DNA from: an uncultured delta proteobacterium | GTDB lineage: Bacteria; Desulfobacterota; Desulfobacteria; Desulfobacterales; QNYZ01 | Length of the DNA stretch: 64,000 nucleotides | Assembly (NCBI GenBank): GCA_963845145.1 | Contig: CAWJQU010000002.1 | Coordinates: 96,001 to 160,000 of the forward strand | Reading direction: 5' to 3' | Part shown: in pieces, positions 22,134-32,193 of the stretch | Layout: each line of letters starts with the position of its first letter | How positions within the stretch are numbered: the first letter of the stretch is position 1 | Notes under the pieces: model-generated | What the model saw: only the letters and a program-made list of their open reading frames with translations | What the model was told of the DNA's origin: nothing | Database searches by the model: none | Position numbers and translations under genes: made by a program

Positions 22134-24167
22134 ATGAGTACAAAAAGACCGATCAACAAAATAAGAAACATCGGAATTATCGCCCATATCGATGCGGGCA
22201 AAACCACGGTGACCGAACGTATCCTGTTTTATACCGGCCGATCCCACAAGATCGGCGAGGTACATGATGGCGAAGCGGTAATGGACTGGATGCCTGATGA
22301 GCAAGAACGTGGGATTACAATCACATCGGCCGTTACAACATGCCGATGGAAAGATCACGACATTCAGATCATCGACACTCCCGGACATGTCGACTTTACC
22401 ATTGAAGTTGAACGCTCCCTGCGCGTCCTGGATGGTGCCGTGGGGGTTTTTTGCGCCGTGGGGGGCGTTGAGCCTCAATCGGAAACGGTCTGGCGCCAGG
22501 CAGATAAATACAACATCCCCAAAATCGCATTTATTAACAAGCTTGACCGTATTGGTGCCGACTATCATGGATCTGTTAGTATGATTAAAGAGCGCCTCGG
22601 TGCGCTTCCCTTGATTTTACAGCTTCCCGTTGGGGAGACCGATTCATTTGACGGCATTATCGATTTGATTGAAATGAACCAGATCATCTGGAAGAGCGAC
22701 ACTCTGGGAATTGAATATTCAACAGCTGATATTGACGCCGCTTATTTAGAAAAAGCCGAAAAGTGGCGTGAAGCCCTGGTGGAAACCGTGGCCGAGGTGG
22801 ATGACGAAATTATGGAGGCTTATCTGGCCGAGAAGCCGATCGACAATCAGATCCTTCGGGAGGCGATCCGACGGGCGACCATTGATTTGAAACTCGTACC
22901 GGTTCTGTGTGGCTCTGCGCTAAAAAATAAGGGTATTCAACCCCTTCTGGATGCCATCGTTCGTTTCCTGCCCGCGCCGACCGACATCCCTCCCATGACC
23001 GGCGCCCATCCCGAGACCGGTGAACCTGTCATCTGCCCGCCCAATGATAAAGCCCCTTTGTCGGCCTTGATATTCAAAGTATCCATGATGGAAGGACGCA
23101 AATTATCATTTGTAAGGATATACAGCGGCATCCTGGCCGCCGGAGCATCAGTATACAACACCACATTGAAAAAAAACGAAAAGCTGGCCCGGATTTTAAA
23201 AATTCACGCCAATCGCCGAGAGCGCCTGGACAGGACGGGGGCCGGGAGTATTGTGGGCGTCGTCGGCTTAAAAGAATCATCTACCGGAGACAGTTTGTGC
23301 ACTCCGGACCACCCCATTTTGCTGGAGCCCATCGAATCGTATGAGCCGGTCATTTCAGTCGCCATCGAACCCAAAACCCATACCGACCAGGAAAAAATAG
23401 AGCAGGTGTTAGATAAATTCTTGGCCGAGGATCCAACCCTGCGAGTCAAGAACGATGAGGATACCGGTCAGATGATCCTATCCGGAATGGGTGAGCTGCA
23501 CCTTGAGGTCATCATCAGCCGGATGCGACGCGAATTTAACACCAATGTCAATGTGGGTAAGCCCCAGGTGGTTTACCGCGAAACCATCGAAAAAACGACT
23601 GCGGCGCAGGTCATTTTTGACAAAGAAGTGGCCGGGCAGCGCCACTACGGCGATGTAACCATCACGTTAGTTCCATTGCGGCGTGGAACGGCCAACCGCT
23701 TTCGATCCGATATATCAGATGAGTCCATTCCACCTGAATTTATTCCCGCCATTGAAGCAGGAGCGCTTGAATCCCTGGAAAGCGGTGTGTTGATGGGATA
23801 TCCGGCGGTGGATATGGAGATCAGGCTAACCCGGGGGGACCATAAAGAAGGCCTGGGTACAGCCCTGGCCTATAAGGTGGCTGCTTCCATGGCGTGTAAA
23901 GAAGCCATGTCAAAGGCCAACCCATTTTTACTTGACCCGATCATGATAGTTGAAGTTCTGGCACCGGAAAACTTTACCGGAGACGTTATCGGGGATCTTA
24001 ATCAGCGTAGCGGTAAAATCGATTCCATCGAACACCGTCAAGGGCTCCAGGTCATTAAAGCCGTTGTTCCCTTGGCACGAATGTTCGGTTATTCCACGGC
24101 CCTGCGCTCAGCGACCCAGGGAAGAGGCACCTTTACCATGCACTTCTCCCATTTTGACAAAGCCTAA
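22134..24167 (+). CDS. fusA: elongation factor G (stand-alone paralogue)
   Basis: [51 protein letters not shown]. Not flanked by rpsL, rpsG or tuf. Confidence 0.93.
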   Translation: MSTKRPINKIRNIGIIAHIDAGKTTVTERILFYTGRSHKIGEVHDGEAVMDWMPDEQERGITITSAVTTCRWKDHDIQIIDTPGHVDFTIEVERSLRVLDGAVGVFCAVGGVEPQSETVWRQADKYNIPKIAFINKLDRIGADYHGSVSMIKERLGALPLILQLPVGETDSFDGIIDLIEMNQIIWKSDTLGIEYSTADIDAAYLEKAEKWREALVETVAEVDDEIMEAYLAEKPIDNQILREAIRRATIDLKLVPVLCGSALKNKGIQPLLDAIVRFLPAPTDIPPMTGAHPETGEPVICPPNDKAPLSALIFKVSMMEGRKLSFVRIYSGILAAGASVYNTTLKKNEKLARILKIHANRRERLDRTGAGSIVGVVGLKESSTGDSLCTPDHPILLEPIESYEPVISVAIEPKTHTDQEKIEQVLDKFLAEDPTLRVKNDEDTGQMILSGMGELHLEVIISRMRREFNTNVNVGKPQVVYRETIEKTTAAQVIFDKEVAGQRHYGDVTITLVPLRRGTANRFRSDISDESIPPEFIPAIEAGALESLESGVLMGYPAVDMEIRLTRGDHKEGLGTALAYKVAASMACKEAMSKANPFLLDPIMIVEVLAPENFTGDVIGDLNQRSGKIDSIEHRQGLQVIKAVVPLARMFGYSTALRSATQGRGTFTMHFSHFDKA

Positions 24168-24257
24168 CGGCTTGCCGACCACCGATTTCCCATCGTCCTG
24201 GCGGGTCTCACTGCGATCATCCGTTCTCTCGCGTAAGACCGTTCTTCGTAAGATTAG

Positions 24258-25688
24258 CTATTCCGGCTTGTTTTTCCGCTGATGTGCCTGTTCTTCCCGC
24301 AACGCTTCAAGCAGGGCTTCAATCGTCCCCTTTCGCTCGGCTGTATTGGCTAAAGCCAGCGCTTTTTCGAGCTGGACAATCGCCTGGTCAACCTTACCCC
24401 GCTGATGGTGATACCGACCCAGGTGGTAATGCGCTTCCGCCATATTCCCTTGTTGACCATAGGCCTGCCCAGCAAAATACATAAGGTCTCGATGATTCGC
24501 ATTGATCTTGACGAGTTCTTTAAAAACGGCAATGGCCTCGGCTGGTCTTTTTTGGGCCAGATGCGTCCGTCCCAAATAATATAATCCATCGGAATTATGA
24601 GCATCGATGGCCATGGCGCTCTCCAGGATCTTAAGGCTCTCCGAAAACCGCCCCCCCTGGAAATATACCCGTCCCAGATCGATAAGCAATTGCGAATCAA
24701 AAGCCCGTTGGGCGAGTGTTTTTTTTAGATAGCCGGCGGACTCAATAAAACGACCGGACCGGGCCAGGATCAATCCATAGCCATAATTTGCCAAGGGGTC
24801 CATGGGTTGCTTTTTTACACTTTCAGCGTAAAACCGCATCTCCTGCTCTTTGTCGCCATACAGCGCCTTCACCCGTGTCCGAATCCAATCAAATTCCATC
24901 TGTTCCTGCGGCGAAATGGCTTTGGGCAAATCCACCTGACGCTCGGTCCAGGCGCTGATATATGCGATACGCTCTTCGGAGGCCGGATGCGTTCTCAAAT
25001 ACGTCGGAACTTCGCGGGTCCCATACCACTGCTTTTCCCTGATTTTTTTCATCACCGCCACAAGCCCTTCGGGACGATAACCAGCGCGGGTCAGCACCTT
25101 TAGCCCCAGTTGATCGGCTTGCATTTCGTCTTCACGACTGTAGGCCAAGGCCATGGATTGTCCAGTGGCCATAGAGCCAATGGCCAGGGCCGTAGCTGCC
25201 GATCCCCCGCCGGCGGCTCCCAGGGCAATGGCTGCTACCAAACCTGCCAGTGTTACGACCCCGATCTGTTTGGAACGATCAATCCGATCCGATATATGCC
25301 GGCTGGTCACATGCATCATTTCATGGGCCACGATCCCTGCCAATTCGCCGGGTGTTTCCATAGCGGCCAGCAAATCGCTGAAAATAAAAATAACCCCACC
25401 AGGCCCGGCAAAGGCATTGTACCCATTCCTTTGAATCAGGAAAAACCGAAATTGATAAGGCTGTGGTGGCAATTCTGCGGCGATTCGTTTCCCAACGGTA
25501 TTTAAATAGTCCACCAGCACCGGGTCTTCAATAAATGTGAATTGCCGGGTCGCTTCGCGCATGAATTTATCGGAAAGCTTTTCCTCCTCCGATACGGTAA
25601 TGGCAAACGCGGGGGGTAATCGCAACGGTATCGTCAACCATGAAACAATGGTTAACCATATGATTATATTTCTATATTTCTTCATCAT
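24258..25688 (-). CDS. M48 family metallopeptidase with TPR repeats (BepA-like)
   Basis: Signal peptide, NAFAGPGG, AHEMMH, YSREDEMQAD, THP and C-terminal TPRs. Confidence 0.9.
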   Translation of the reverse strand: MMKKYRNIIIWLTIVSWLTIPLRLPPAFAITVSEEEKLSDKFMREATRQFTFIEDPVLVDYLNTVGKRIAAELPPQPYQFRFFLIQRNGYNAFAGPGGVIFIFSDLLAAMETPGELAGIVAHEMMHVTSRHISDRIDRSKQIGVVTLAGLVAAIALGAAGGGSAATALAIGSMATGQSMALAYSREDEMQADQLGLKVLTRAGYRPEGLVAVMKKIREKQWYGTREVPTYLRTHPASEERIAYISAWTERQVDLPKAISPQEQMEFDWIRTRVKALYGDKEQEMRFYAESVKKQPMDPLANYGYGLILARSGRFIESAGYLKKTLAQRAFDSQLLIDLGRVYFQGGRFSESLKILESAMAIDAHNSDGLYYLGRTHLAQKRPAEAIAVFKELVKINANHRDLMYFAGQAYGQQGNMAEAHYHLGRYHHQRGKVDQAIVQLEKALALANTAERKGTIEALLEALREEQAHQRKNKPE

Positions 25689-25809
25689 CGAATAACCGCC
25701 TGGTCTGGTTGCCACATAATATGGCCATTCCATAATTATAACTATAATGGACTATAACACCACGGTTGAATGTTTTCAATTTTAAGGGTTTTGTGGTAGG
25801 GTTTCGCCC

Positions 25810-26586
25810 ATGGCACGAAAAATATGCATAGCAAACCAAAAAGGCGGGGTGGGCAAAACGACCACTGCCATCAACCTGTCAGCCTCACTGGCCGTGGCTG
25901 AAAAAAAGACGCTACTGGTGGATTGCGATCCCCAGGGAAACGCCACAACCGGTATGGGCATTCACAAAAAGAACCTGAATAAAAACCTATATCATGGCAT
26001 GATCGGCACGGCTGAAGCCGAAGAGCTCATTATTGATACGGGTATCGATACCTTGAAAATGATTCCATCGCAGGTGGAACTGATCGGGTTTGAGGTAGAG
26101 ATGATGGATCAACCAGGTCGAAACAGCGCATTGCGGAATCTACTCAACAAAATAGCACCGGCGTTTGATTACATTATTATCGATTGTCCGCCTTCTTTAA
26201 GTTTGTTGACCGTCAACGCCCTGGCCGCTGCCGATGGTATGTTGATCCCGCTGCAATGTGAATTTTATGCGCTTGAAGGCCTTGGTCAACTGATAGATAC
26301 CTACAAAAGGATCCAAAAACAGATCAACCCGCGCCTCACCATCGCCGGTATATTGCTGACAATGTTCGATAAACGGACAAATCTGGCCAACCAGGTTGCC
26401 GCCGAGGCTGATAAATATTTCCGTCAATTGGTTTTCAAAACGCGAATCCCGCGCAACGTGCGTTTGGGTGAAGCGCCGAGCCATGGCAAACCGATTTTGC
26501 TCTACGATGCCCTGTCGGCCGGCGCCCGGAGCTATCTTGAATTGGCCAAAGAAATATTAAACGGTCACTTGAAGGCTTCCAGTTGA
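25810..26586 (+). CDS. parA: chromosome partitioning ATPase ParA/Soj
   Basis: NQKGGVGKTTT, DCDPQGNAT, DCPPSL, QCEFYALEG, IPRNVRLGEAPSHG. Confidence 0.95.
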   Translation: MARKICIANQKGGVGKTTTAINLSASLAVAEKKTLLVDCDPQGNATTGMGIHKKNLNKNLYHGMIGTAEAEELIIDTGIDTLKMIPSQVELIGFEVEMMDQPGRNSALRNLLNKIAPAFDYIIIDCPPSLSLLTVNALAAADGMLIPLQCEFYALEGLGQLIDTYKRIQKQINPRLTIAGILLTMFDKRTNLANQVAAEADKYFRQLVFKTRIPRNVRLGEAPSHGKPILLYDALSAGARSYLELAKEILNGHLKASS

Positions 26587-26629
26587 AATCACTTACCGAT
26601 TGCATTACTCACTTAACTTTTTGGAAACC

Positions 26630-27529
26630 ATGAACACAAAAAAAACGGTAAAACCACCGGCTGTTCCGCCGAAAAAACGTAAAAAAATGGCCCTGGGCAA
26701 GGGGATCGGAGCGCTGATTCCCGAATTTGACGAAGGCGAGCTCAAACAACCCGATTTTTTCCGGTGTGAGATCGACCGCATTCATCCCAATCGTTATCAA
26801 CCCCGCAAGCATTTCAAACGAGAAGAATTGGACGAACTGGCCCGGTCTATTGAAACCCAGGGGATCCTGCAACCGCTATTGGTTCGCCCCGACACCGTCG
26901 ATTATGAACTCATCGCAGGAGAAAGACGCCTTCGCGCCGCAAAACTGGCCGGCATGACCGAAGTGCCGGTTGTGGTTAAACACATTTCCGATGCCGAGTT
27001 GCTGGAAGCCGCCCTCATTGAAAATATTCAGCGCGAAAACCTCAACCCGATCGAAGAAGCTGAAGCGTATCATCGTTTGATGACCGAATTTGACCTGACC
27101 CAGGATCAAACCGCCCGACGGGTTGGGAAAAGCCGCTCTGCCGTGGCCAACTTTTTACGGCTTCGGCAGTTACCCGAATCCATAAAAGAAAGTATGATGG
27201 ATGAGCAACTGAGCATGGGTCACGCCCGGGCGCTTCTGACATGTGGCAATAGCGCCCGGCAGGAGATGATTTGCCAAGAGATTTTGAAAAAAGGCCTATC
27301 CGTTCGACAAACGGAAGCGCTGGTCAAACGGCTGAAAGCCGATATAAAACCGACCCAAAAACAAACTTCAGACCCCAATCGGATCTATTTTGCCGGATTG
27401 GCCGAGGGTCTGTCACGCGACTTGGGCACCAAGGTACACATCAACCGCCGCGGCAAAAAGGGAACGGTCAACATCGAGTTTTACAGTGATGATGATCTCG
27501 ACCGGCTGATCGAGCACCTTCGCCGATAG
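26630..27529 (+). CDS. parB: chromosome partitioning protein ParB/Spo0J
   Basis: LGKGIGALI, QPRKHF, IAGERRLRA, ENIQRENL and HTH GKSRSAVANFLRL. Confidence 0.95.
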   Translation: MNTKKTVKPPAVPPKKRKKMALGKGIGALIPEFDEGELKQPDFFRCEIDRIHPNRYQPRKHFKREELDELARSIETQGILQPLLVRPDTVDYELIAGERRLRAAKLAGMTEVPVVVKHISDAELLEAALIENIQRENLNPIEEAEAYHRLMTEFDLTQDQTARRVGKSRSAVANFLRLRQLPESIKESMMDEQLSMGHARALLTCGNSARQEMICQEILKKGLSVRQTEALVKRLKADIKPTQKQTSDPNRIYFAGLAEGLSRDLGTKVHINRRGKKGTVNIEFYSDDDLDRLIEHLRR

Positions 27530-27532
27530 GCC

Positions 27533-28054
27533 ATGTCGATTCACATTATCATCGACGGTTACAATCTGATTCGCCAATCCAACGACCTTTCCTATTTGGA
27601 CGAACAGGACATCAAACTCGGCCGTGACGCACTGATTGACCAGCTGGTTCAATACAAGCGTCTGAAAGGTCACCGGATTACGGTCGTATTTGATGGCCAA
27701 AATGCACCCACGGCTTCCACCCGAAAAATCAGCTTTCAGGGAATTGACATCCGCTTTTCATCCATGGGAGAATTGGCCGATACCGTCATAAAGAAAATGG
27801 CTGCCAGGGAGAAAGAGCGAGCGTTGGTGGTGACTTCGGACCGGGAGATTGAATCGGATGCCCTGGCCCACAAGGCCAGCGTCATCGGCTCTCCAGTATT
27901 TGAAGCAAAACTGGTCATGGCCCAATACGCCATGCAAAAGGGGGGTGTGGAAGACGACACCCGGGGCTGGAAACCCACGACCCAAAAGAAAGGGCCACGA
28001 AAAAAATTGTCAAAAAAAGCCCGAAAAACCCGCGCCAAAATGGGTAAATTGTAA
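27533..28054 (+). CDS. NYN (YacP/Rae1-like) ribonuclease domain protein
   Basis: IIIDGYNLI, VVFDG, ADTVI, VVTSDREI; basic C-terminus. Confidence 0.88.
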   Translation: MSIHIIIDGYNLIRQSNDLSYLDEQDIKLGRDALIDQLVQYKRLKGHRITVVFDGQNAPTASTRKISFQGIDIRFSSMGELADTVIKKMAAREKERALVVTSDREIESDALAHKASVIGSPVFEAKLVMAQYAMQKGGVEDDTRGWKPTTQKKGPRKKLSKKARKTRAKMGKL

Positions 28055-28503
28055 TGATATTCAACCGTATGAAAAATAAGTTAAAATCAATTTGTGTCAT
28101 AGACGGTCAAGGTGGTGGCATCGGTAGCCATATTATCAAGCAACTACGGCACCATTTTCAGGACACCATTGAAATCGTCGCCCTCGGGACCAATGCCATT
28201 GCCGTAGCGCAGATGCTCAAAGCACGGGCCAATCGGGGTGCATCAGGGCAAAATGCCATTGTCCAGACCGTCAAGCAGGTAGACATCATAACCGGGCCTA
28301 TCGCCATTTTGGCGGCCCATGCCATGATGGGAGAAATCACACCCAAAATGGCCGAAGCGATCGCGGCCAGCCCAGCGCACAAGCTGTTAATCCCGCTATC
28401 GAAAGAACGCATCACCATTGTCGGCATTCAAGCGCTACCGCTACCACGCTTGGTGGAAACGATGATTATCGATGAACTAAAGCCCTATTTGGAGAATAAT
28501 TAA
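28054..28503 (+). CDS. DUF3842 family protein
   Basis: ICVIDGQGGGIG, ALGTNAIA, GASGQNA, MMGEITPKMA. Start may instead be ATG 28069. Confidence 0.82.
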   Translation: MIFNRMKNKLKSICVIDGQGGGIGSHIIKQLRHHFQDTIEIVALGTNAIAVAQMLKARANRGASGQNAIVQTVKQVDIITGPIAILAAHAMMGEITPKMAEAIAASPAHKLLIPLSKERITIVGIQALPLPRLVETMIIDELKPYLENN

Positions 28504-28514
28504 CGGAGTTAATC

Positions 28515-28709
28515 ATGTGTGAAGCCAACGCCTATACCCTTGATAATGGAGAAGAGACCCTGTTCATGGAAGCCGTGGATACCGTGGCGCCCGATGGCGA
28601 GGGGTTACGCTTGACCAGCATTTTTGGCGAGCAAAAATTTATCAAGGCCCACATTCATGCGCTTTCCCTGGTCAATCACAAAGTGCTTCTCATGCCGGAG
28701 ACGGACTAA
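28515..28709 (+). CDS. CooT-family nickel-binding protein
   Basis: MCEANAY N-terminus (Cys2), SIFGEQK and LVNHKV; GGAG SD. Confidence 0.82.
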   Translation: MCEANAYTLDNGEETLFMEAVDTVAPDGEGLRLTSIFGEQKFIKAHIHALSLVNHKVLLMPETD

Positions 28710-28748
28710 TCGGATGGTTCCCCGCCTGAAACAGACCGCGCACCTTCA

Positions 28749-30482
28749 ATGAAGATAACCATCGCCCAAACAGCCGGTTTCTGTATGGGGGTCCGCCGGG
28801 CTGTGGAGATGGTGCTGGATACGCCCGGTAAACATGAAGGGCCGATATATACCTACGGTCCTTTGATTCACAACCCTCAGGTGCTGGATCTTTTGGCGGA
28901 AAAGGGAATTACGGTCCTTTCCGACATTCCTTCAAAAGGCGTGGGCACGGTCTTGATCCGCGCCCACGGTGTTCCTCCTGAAAAAAAAGAGAAATTGGTA
29001 CAAGCCGGATTTACCGTCCTTGATGCCACCTGCCCTCGGGTCATCCGCGTCCAGGTCATCATCAAAAAGCACGCCAAAAAAGGGTACACCACTATTATCG
29101 TCGGCAACCGGGATCATCCCGAAGTCATCGGCCTGATGGGCTATGCCGGACCCGACCGCCATGTCGTTGATAGCCTGGAGGAATTAGAAACCCTGCCATC
29201 TTTTGCAAAAGCCGTCGTGGTTGCCCAGACCACTCAAAATGAGCAACTCTACGGTAAGATCGAAAAGTGGGTGGACAGGACGCATCCCCACTACAAAATC
29301 TTTACAACGATTTGCAACTCCACGTCCAAACGCCAGGCCGAGGTTAGTCATTTAGCTGTAGCCACGGATGCGATGGTTGTTGTCGGCGGTCGTGAGAGCG
29401 GAAATACCCGCCGCCTGGCCGACATCGCCGGAAAAACAGGCAAACCGGTCCAGCAGATCGAAACGGAAGAGGACTTGGACCTGTCGGTTTTCGAAAATGC
29501 AACCCATGTGGGAATTACGGCCGGGGCATCGACGCCCAACTGGATGATCACCCGGGTATTCAGGACCCTGGAAAAAATGTCGGTTAAAAAGGGTCGCTCC
29601 TGGTACCGGGTCCTTTTCATCACGCTCCGTGCATTACTGCTGACCAATACTTATGTGGCCCTGGGTGCCGGATGTCTCAGTTTCGCCTGCGCCACGCTAC
29701 AGGGACTGAATGCATCGTTTGACTATGTGCTCGTGGCCATGCTCTACGTCTTTTCCATGCATATCCTTAACCACCTCATTGGCCGCCAGGCCGACCGTTT
29801 CAATGACCCAGGGCGGGCCTATTTTTATAAGGAATATCGGCCGGCCCTGACCATACTGGCCATCGCCGCAGGAAGTTATGGATTAATCACCGCCGCCATG
29901 ATGGGCCCTTTGCCCTTTTCAATCCTGTTGACCATGAGCCTTTTGGGTCTGTCGTACAATTTACGACTAGTACCGGTCCTGACCAAGCCCCACCGTTACC
30001 GGCGCATCCGAGATATTCCCGGCTCCAAGACAATTCTCATTGCACTGGCCTGGGGAGTTGCCACGACCGTACTGCCTGCTTTGGTCATCAATGGTAAAAT
30101 ATCGACGGCAACAGTGATCGTTTTTATCTGGTCTACGGCCCTGGTATTTGCGCGAACCGCATTTTTCGATATTCTTGACATGCAGGGCGATCGTATCATC
30201 GGACGGGAAACAATTCCGCTCATTTACGGTCAAAAAACGACCACCCGCCTGCTGAAGCGGCTCCTCATCGGCCTGCCGTTTTTTTTAACCCTGTCAGCCG
30301 CCTTTTCACTGGTGACGAGCCTGGGCGTCGCTTTGACGATCAGCCCCCTGCTTTTGTTTATCGTGATCTTTATTCACGAAAAAAGGCACCTGTTACCCGG
30401 GATTCGATTGGAGTTTTACGTAGAGTCCGCATTTATCCTGGCGGGCTTTATTACCGTTTTATGGATACTGATGACGACCTGA
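28749..30482 (+). CDS. ispH: 4-hydroxy-3-methylbut-2-enyl diphosphate reductase fused to a UbiA-like membrane domain
   Basis: GFCMGVRRAV, IHN, RAHG, DATCPRV, HPEV, TICNST, AGASTP; then a multi-TM domain with DRFNDP and FDILDMQGD. Confidence 0.92.
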   Translation: MKITIAQTAGFCMGVRRAVEMVLDTPGKHEGPIYTYGPLIHNPQVLDLLAEKGITVLSDIPSKGVGTVLIRAHGVPPEKKEKLVQAGFTVLDATCPRVIRVQVIIKKHAKKGYTTIIVGNRDHPEVIGLMGYAGPDRHVVDSLEELETLPSFAKAVVVAQTTQNEQLYGKIEKWVDRTHPHYKIFTTICNSTSKRQAEVSHLAVATDAMVVVGGRESGNTRRLADIAGKTGKPVQQIETEEDLDLSVFENATHVGITAGASTPNWMITRVFRTLEKMSVKKGRSWYRVLFITLRALLLTNTYVALGAGCLSFACATLQGLNASFDYVLVAMLYVFSMHILNHLIGRQADRFNDPGRAYFYKEYRPALTILAIAAGSYGLITAAMMGPLPFSILLTMSLLGLSYNLRLVPVLTKPHRYRRIRDIPGSKTILIALAWGVATTVLPALVINGKISTATVIVFIWSTALVFARTAFFDILDMQGDRIIGRETIPLIYGQKTTTRLLKRLLIGLPFFLTLSAAFSLVTSLGVALTISPLLLFIVIFIHEKRHLLPGIRLEFYVESAFILAGFITVLWILMTT

Positions 30483-30483
30483 T

Positions 30484-30777
30484 ATGGCAGCGATGGACAT
30501 GGCAACGACAAATTACGAAATCACGGATGTTATAGATCTGCATACCTTCAATCCAAAAGAGGTCGGCGACTTAATCGATGATTATCTGCAAGCCTGTCTG
30601 GAAAAAAAGATCGAAACCGTCCGGATTATTCATGGCAAGGGGACCGGGATATTGAAACGTCGCGTGCAGAGCATTCTGTCCCGTCACCCGCAGGTAAAGA
30701 ATTTTGTGACGGCACCTCCGGAAGCCGGTGGATGGGGAGCGACCCTGGTTCAACTAAAATCGGCACACCTAAAATAA
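30484..30777 (+). CDS. stand-alone Smr domain nuclease
   Basis: IDLHTF, IIHGKGTG, GGWGATLV. Confidence 0.88.
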   Translation: MAAMDMATTNYEITDVIDLHTFNPKEVGDLIDDYLQACLEKKIETVRIIHGKGTGILKRRVQSILSRHPQVKNFVTAPPEAGGWGATLVQLKSAHLK

Positions 30778-30795
30778 GAAATTGGAGAGCCTTCA

Positions 30796-32124
30796 ATGGA
30801 AAAAAAACAAAGATCAGTATGGGGATGGGCGCTCTATGACTGGGCCAACTCGGCCTATTTTGTCACGGTTATTTCTGGGTTTTTCCCAATTTTTTTTAAA
30901 GTTTATTGGAGTCAGGGAGTCAATGCCAATGTGAGCACAGCCCGGTTGGGTATCGCCAACGGTATCGCCAGCCTGGTCGTGGCGCTGATCGCGCCTTTCT
31001 TGGGTGCCATCGCCGATAAAAGCGATACCCGCAAATCGTTTTTACTCATATTTGCTTACTTAGGCGTATTGATGTCGGCATCATTATTCCTCGTGGGAAA
31101 AGGCCAATGGATATTAGCTGTGTTTTGCTATTGTTTGGGAACCATTGGTGTATCCGGCTCCAATATATTCTACGATTCATTGCTTCCCAGTGTGGCCGAA
31201 AAAGACCGTATCCACTATGTCTCCTGTTTGGGATACTCAATGGGGTATTTGGGCGGGGGGTTGTTGTTTCTATTCAACGTCCTGATAACCCTTCATCCCT
31301 CCTGGGTGGGACTGGAAGATGCCTCAGCGGCTATTCGCTGGTCCTTTTTATCCGTGGCTGTCTGGTGGGGCGGCTTTACGATTTTTACGATTTTATGGGT
31401 GCCCAAAGGCCAATCGGATGCATCGACTGCGGGTTTGATGGATATCATTAAAGAGGGCTTCGGGCAGGTCTTGAAGACCATCGGGCAAATTCGTCAGCTA
31501 AAAATGGTCTTTTTGTTCTTATTGGCGTACTGGCTGTATATTGACGGCGTTGACACCATTATCCGCATGGCTGTGGACTATGGAATGTCCATTGGATTTG
31601 AAGCCAATGATCTGATTGTGGCGCTTCTACTTGTCCAGTTTGTCGGGTTCCCGGCGGCGCTTGTTTTTGGAAAACTGGGTCAGAAGTGGGGGGCGCGAAG
31701 AATGATATTTGTGGCCATTGGCGTCTACATCTTGGTCACAATCTATGGCACTCTCATGACCCAAAAAATCGACTTTTACATTCTGGCCATTGTTATCGGT
31801 CTGGTTCAGGGTGGCATTCAAGCCCTTAGCCGTTCCTATTACGCCGGATTGATTCCTGAGGGGCAGGAAGCCGAGTTTTACGGCTTTTATAACATGCTCG
31901 GTAAATTTGCCGCCATTATCGGCCCCTTTTTGATGGGCGTCGTAGGGCTCATGGCCCGTCGGTTTCTGATGCCGAGTGCCCCCACGCCGGAACAAGTCAT
32001 TGCCGTCGGCCAATTGGCTTCCCGATTTTCCATCGGGTCGGTTCTGATTCTATTTATTGCCGGAGCGATTTTATTCTATTTTGTGGATGAAAAAAAGGCC
32101 GCAGCGGATCTGAAGCGACTTTAA
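30796..32124 (+). CDS. MFS transporter (UMF1/YxiO-like)
   Basis: WALYDWANSA, PFLGAIAD, FYDSLL, GYSMGYLGG, QALSRS; about 12 TM segments. Confidence 0.88.
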   Translation: MEKKQRSVWGWALYDWANSAYFVTVISGFFPIFFKVYWSQGVNANVSTARLGIANGIASLVVALIAPFLGAIADKSDTRKSFLLIFAYLGVLMSASLFLVGKGQWILAVFCYCLGTIGVSGSNIFYDSLLPSVAEKDRIHYVSCLGYSMGYLGGGLLFLFNVLITLHPSWVGLEDASAAIRWSFLSVAVWWGGFTIFTILWVPKGQSDASTAGLMDIIKEGFGQVLKTIGQIRQLKMVFLFLLAYWLYIDGVDTIIRMAVDYGMSIGFEANDLIVALLLVQFVGFPAALVFGKLGQKWGARRMIFVAIGVYILVTIYGTLMTQKIDFYILAIVIGLVQGGIQALSRSYYAGLIPEGQEAEFYGFYNMLGKFAAIIGPFLMGVVGLMARRFLMPSAPTPEQVIAVGQLASRFSIGSVLILFIAGAILFYFVDEKKAAADLKRL

Positions 32125-32193
32125 TCGAGATGGTTTGTTGCTAAAGCTAAAGTATTTAAAAAGCGGAATGAATGGGTAGAGGTAAAATATATA

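Noticed and set aside
25810..27529. parAB as a sign of a plasmid or integrated element
   Set aside because: The sequences are of the chromosomal Soj/Spo0J type, lie among housekeeping genes, and have no rep, integrase or transfer genes nearby.
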